Shown here: piece by piece, positions 26,034-26,378 of the stretch
Layout of the letters: each line of letters opens with the position of its first letter
Position numbering within the stretch: position 1 is the stretch's first letter
Source: Verrucomicrobiota bacterium
Lineage (GTDB): Bacteria; Verrucomicrobiota; Verrucomicrobiia; Limisphaerales; CANJXF01
Assembly (NCBI GenBank): GCA_038214755.1
Contig: JBBQRQ010000072.1
Location: 1-26,378 of the forward strand
Direction: 5' to 3'
DNA: 26,378 bases
Notes under the pieces: model-generated
Seen by the model: the letters and a program-made list of their open reading frames with translations, nothing else
What the model was told of the DNA's origin: nothing
Database searches by the model: none
Position numbers and translations under genes: made by a program

Positions 26034-26118
26034 TGGTGCCCACGACAGGATTTGAACCTGTACGATGTTACTCACTAGAACCTGAATCTAGCGCGTCTGC
26101 CAATTCCGCCACGTGGGC
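26034..26118 (-). tRNA. tRNA-Leu (anticodon CAG)
   Basis: Minus strand GCCCACG/CGTGGGC acceptor stem with encoded ACCA, D-arm GGCGGAATTGGCAGACGC, anticodon arm CTAGA-TTCAGGT-TCTAG, long variable arm, T-arm ACAGG-TTCAAAT-CCTGT. Confidence 0.96.
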
Positions 26119-26378
26119 CACGTGTTCTTTCTGACCTTTCATCGCGCGCCACTGAAACGGCGCGAACCAAACTGCCGCGCACAATATCAAACCACTTTCC
26201 ATCAGCGCAAGCGCCCAAATGAACAACATGGGTCTGAGGCACGGCCAATTCATGAAGATGATTGAAAGCTTGGCTGGCGGGCATGAAGGCAGCGGATGGC
26301 GTAGCGATGATGTTCGGCGTTCATGGCGGTGAAAAAGTCGGTGGTGGTTTTGTGCTGCGGTTTTTTCTGCCGGTTGCG

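Noticed and set aside
26034..26118. tRNA-Leu as the attachment site of an island in this window
   Set aside because: No duplicate of the tRNA 3' end was seen and there is no integrase; downstream genes are housekeeping.
26119..26378. Short ORFs upstream of or overlapping the tRNA
   Set aside because: The listed ORFs overlap the tRNA and have no recognisable motifs; a partial gene at the edge cannot be supported.

Overview
A mostly housekeeping bacterial chromosomal segment. Gene content, protein motifs and intergenic repeat style suggest Verrucomicrobiota (inference only). It carries lolD plus a single lolC/E-type permease, a membrane-anchored GrpE-like gene, addA and addB split by a counter-oriented hypothetical gene, a PIG-L deacetylase, an MFS transporter, an L,D-transpeptidase, a folP-cdaA-cdaR-glmM-glmS cluster, a RelE/ParE-type toxin-antitoxin pair, a glyoxalase, a lactonase and tRNA-Leu(CAG). 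The most unusual signal is an orphan PaaX-like gene with a Cas2-like middle domain. It sits antisense between glmM and glmS and is bracketed by two identical 29-bp direct repeats that contain a perfect 24-bp palindrome (18024-18052, 18887-18915), with no recombinase in the window. Other signals are a 17-bp direct repeat around the GrpE-like gene, a toxin-antitoxin segment bounded by integron-like core sites, several nested palindromic or short-period repeat elements, and many apparently leaderless promoters. No database searches were run; all calls are from motif recognition.
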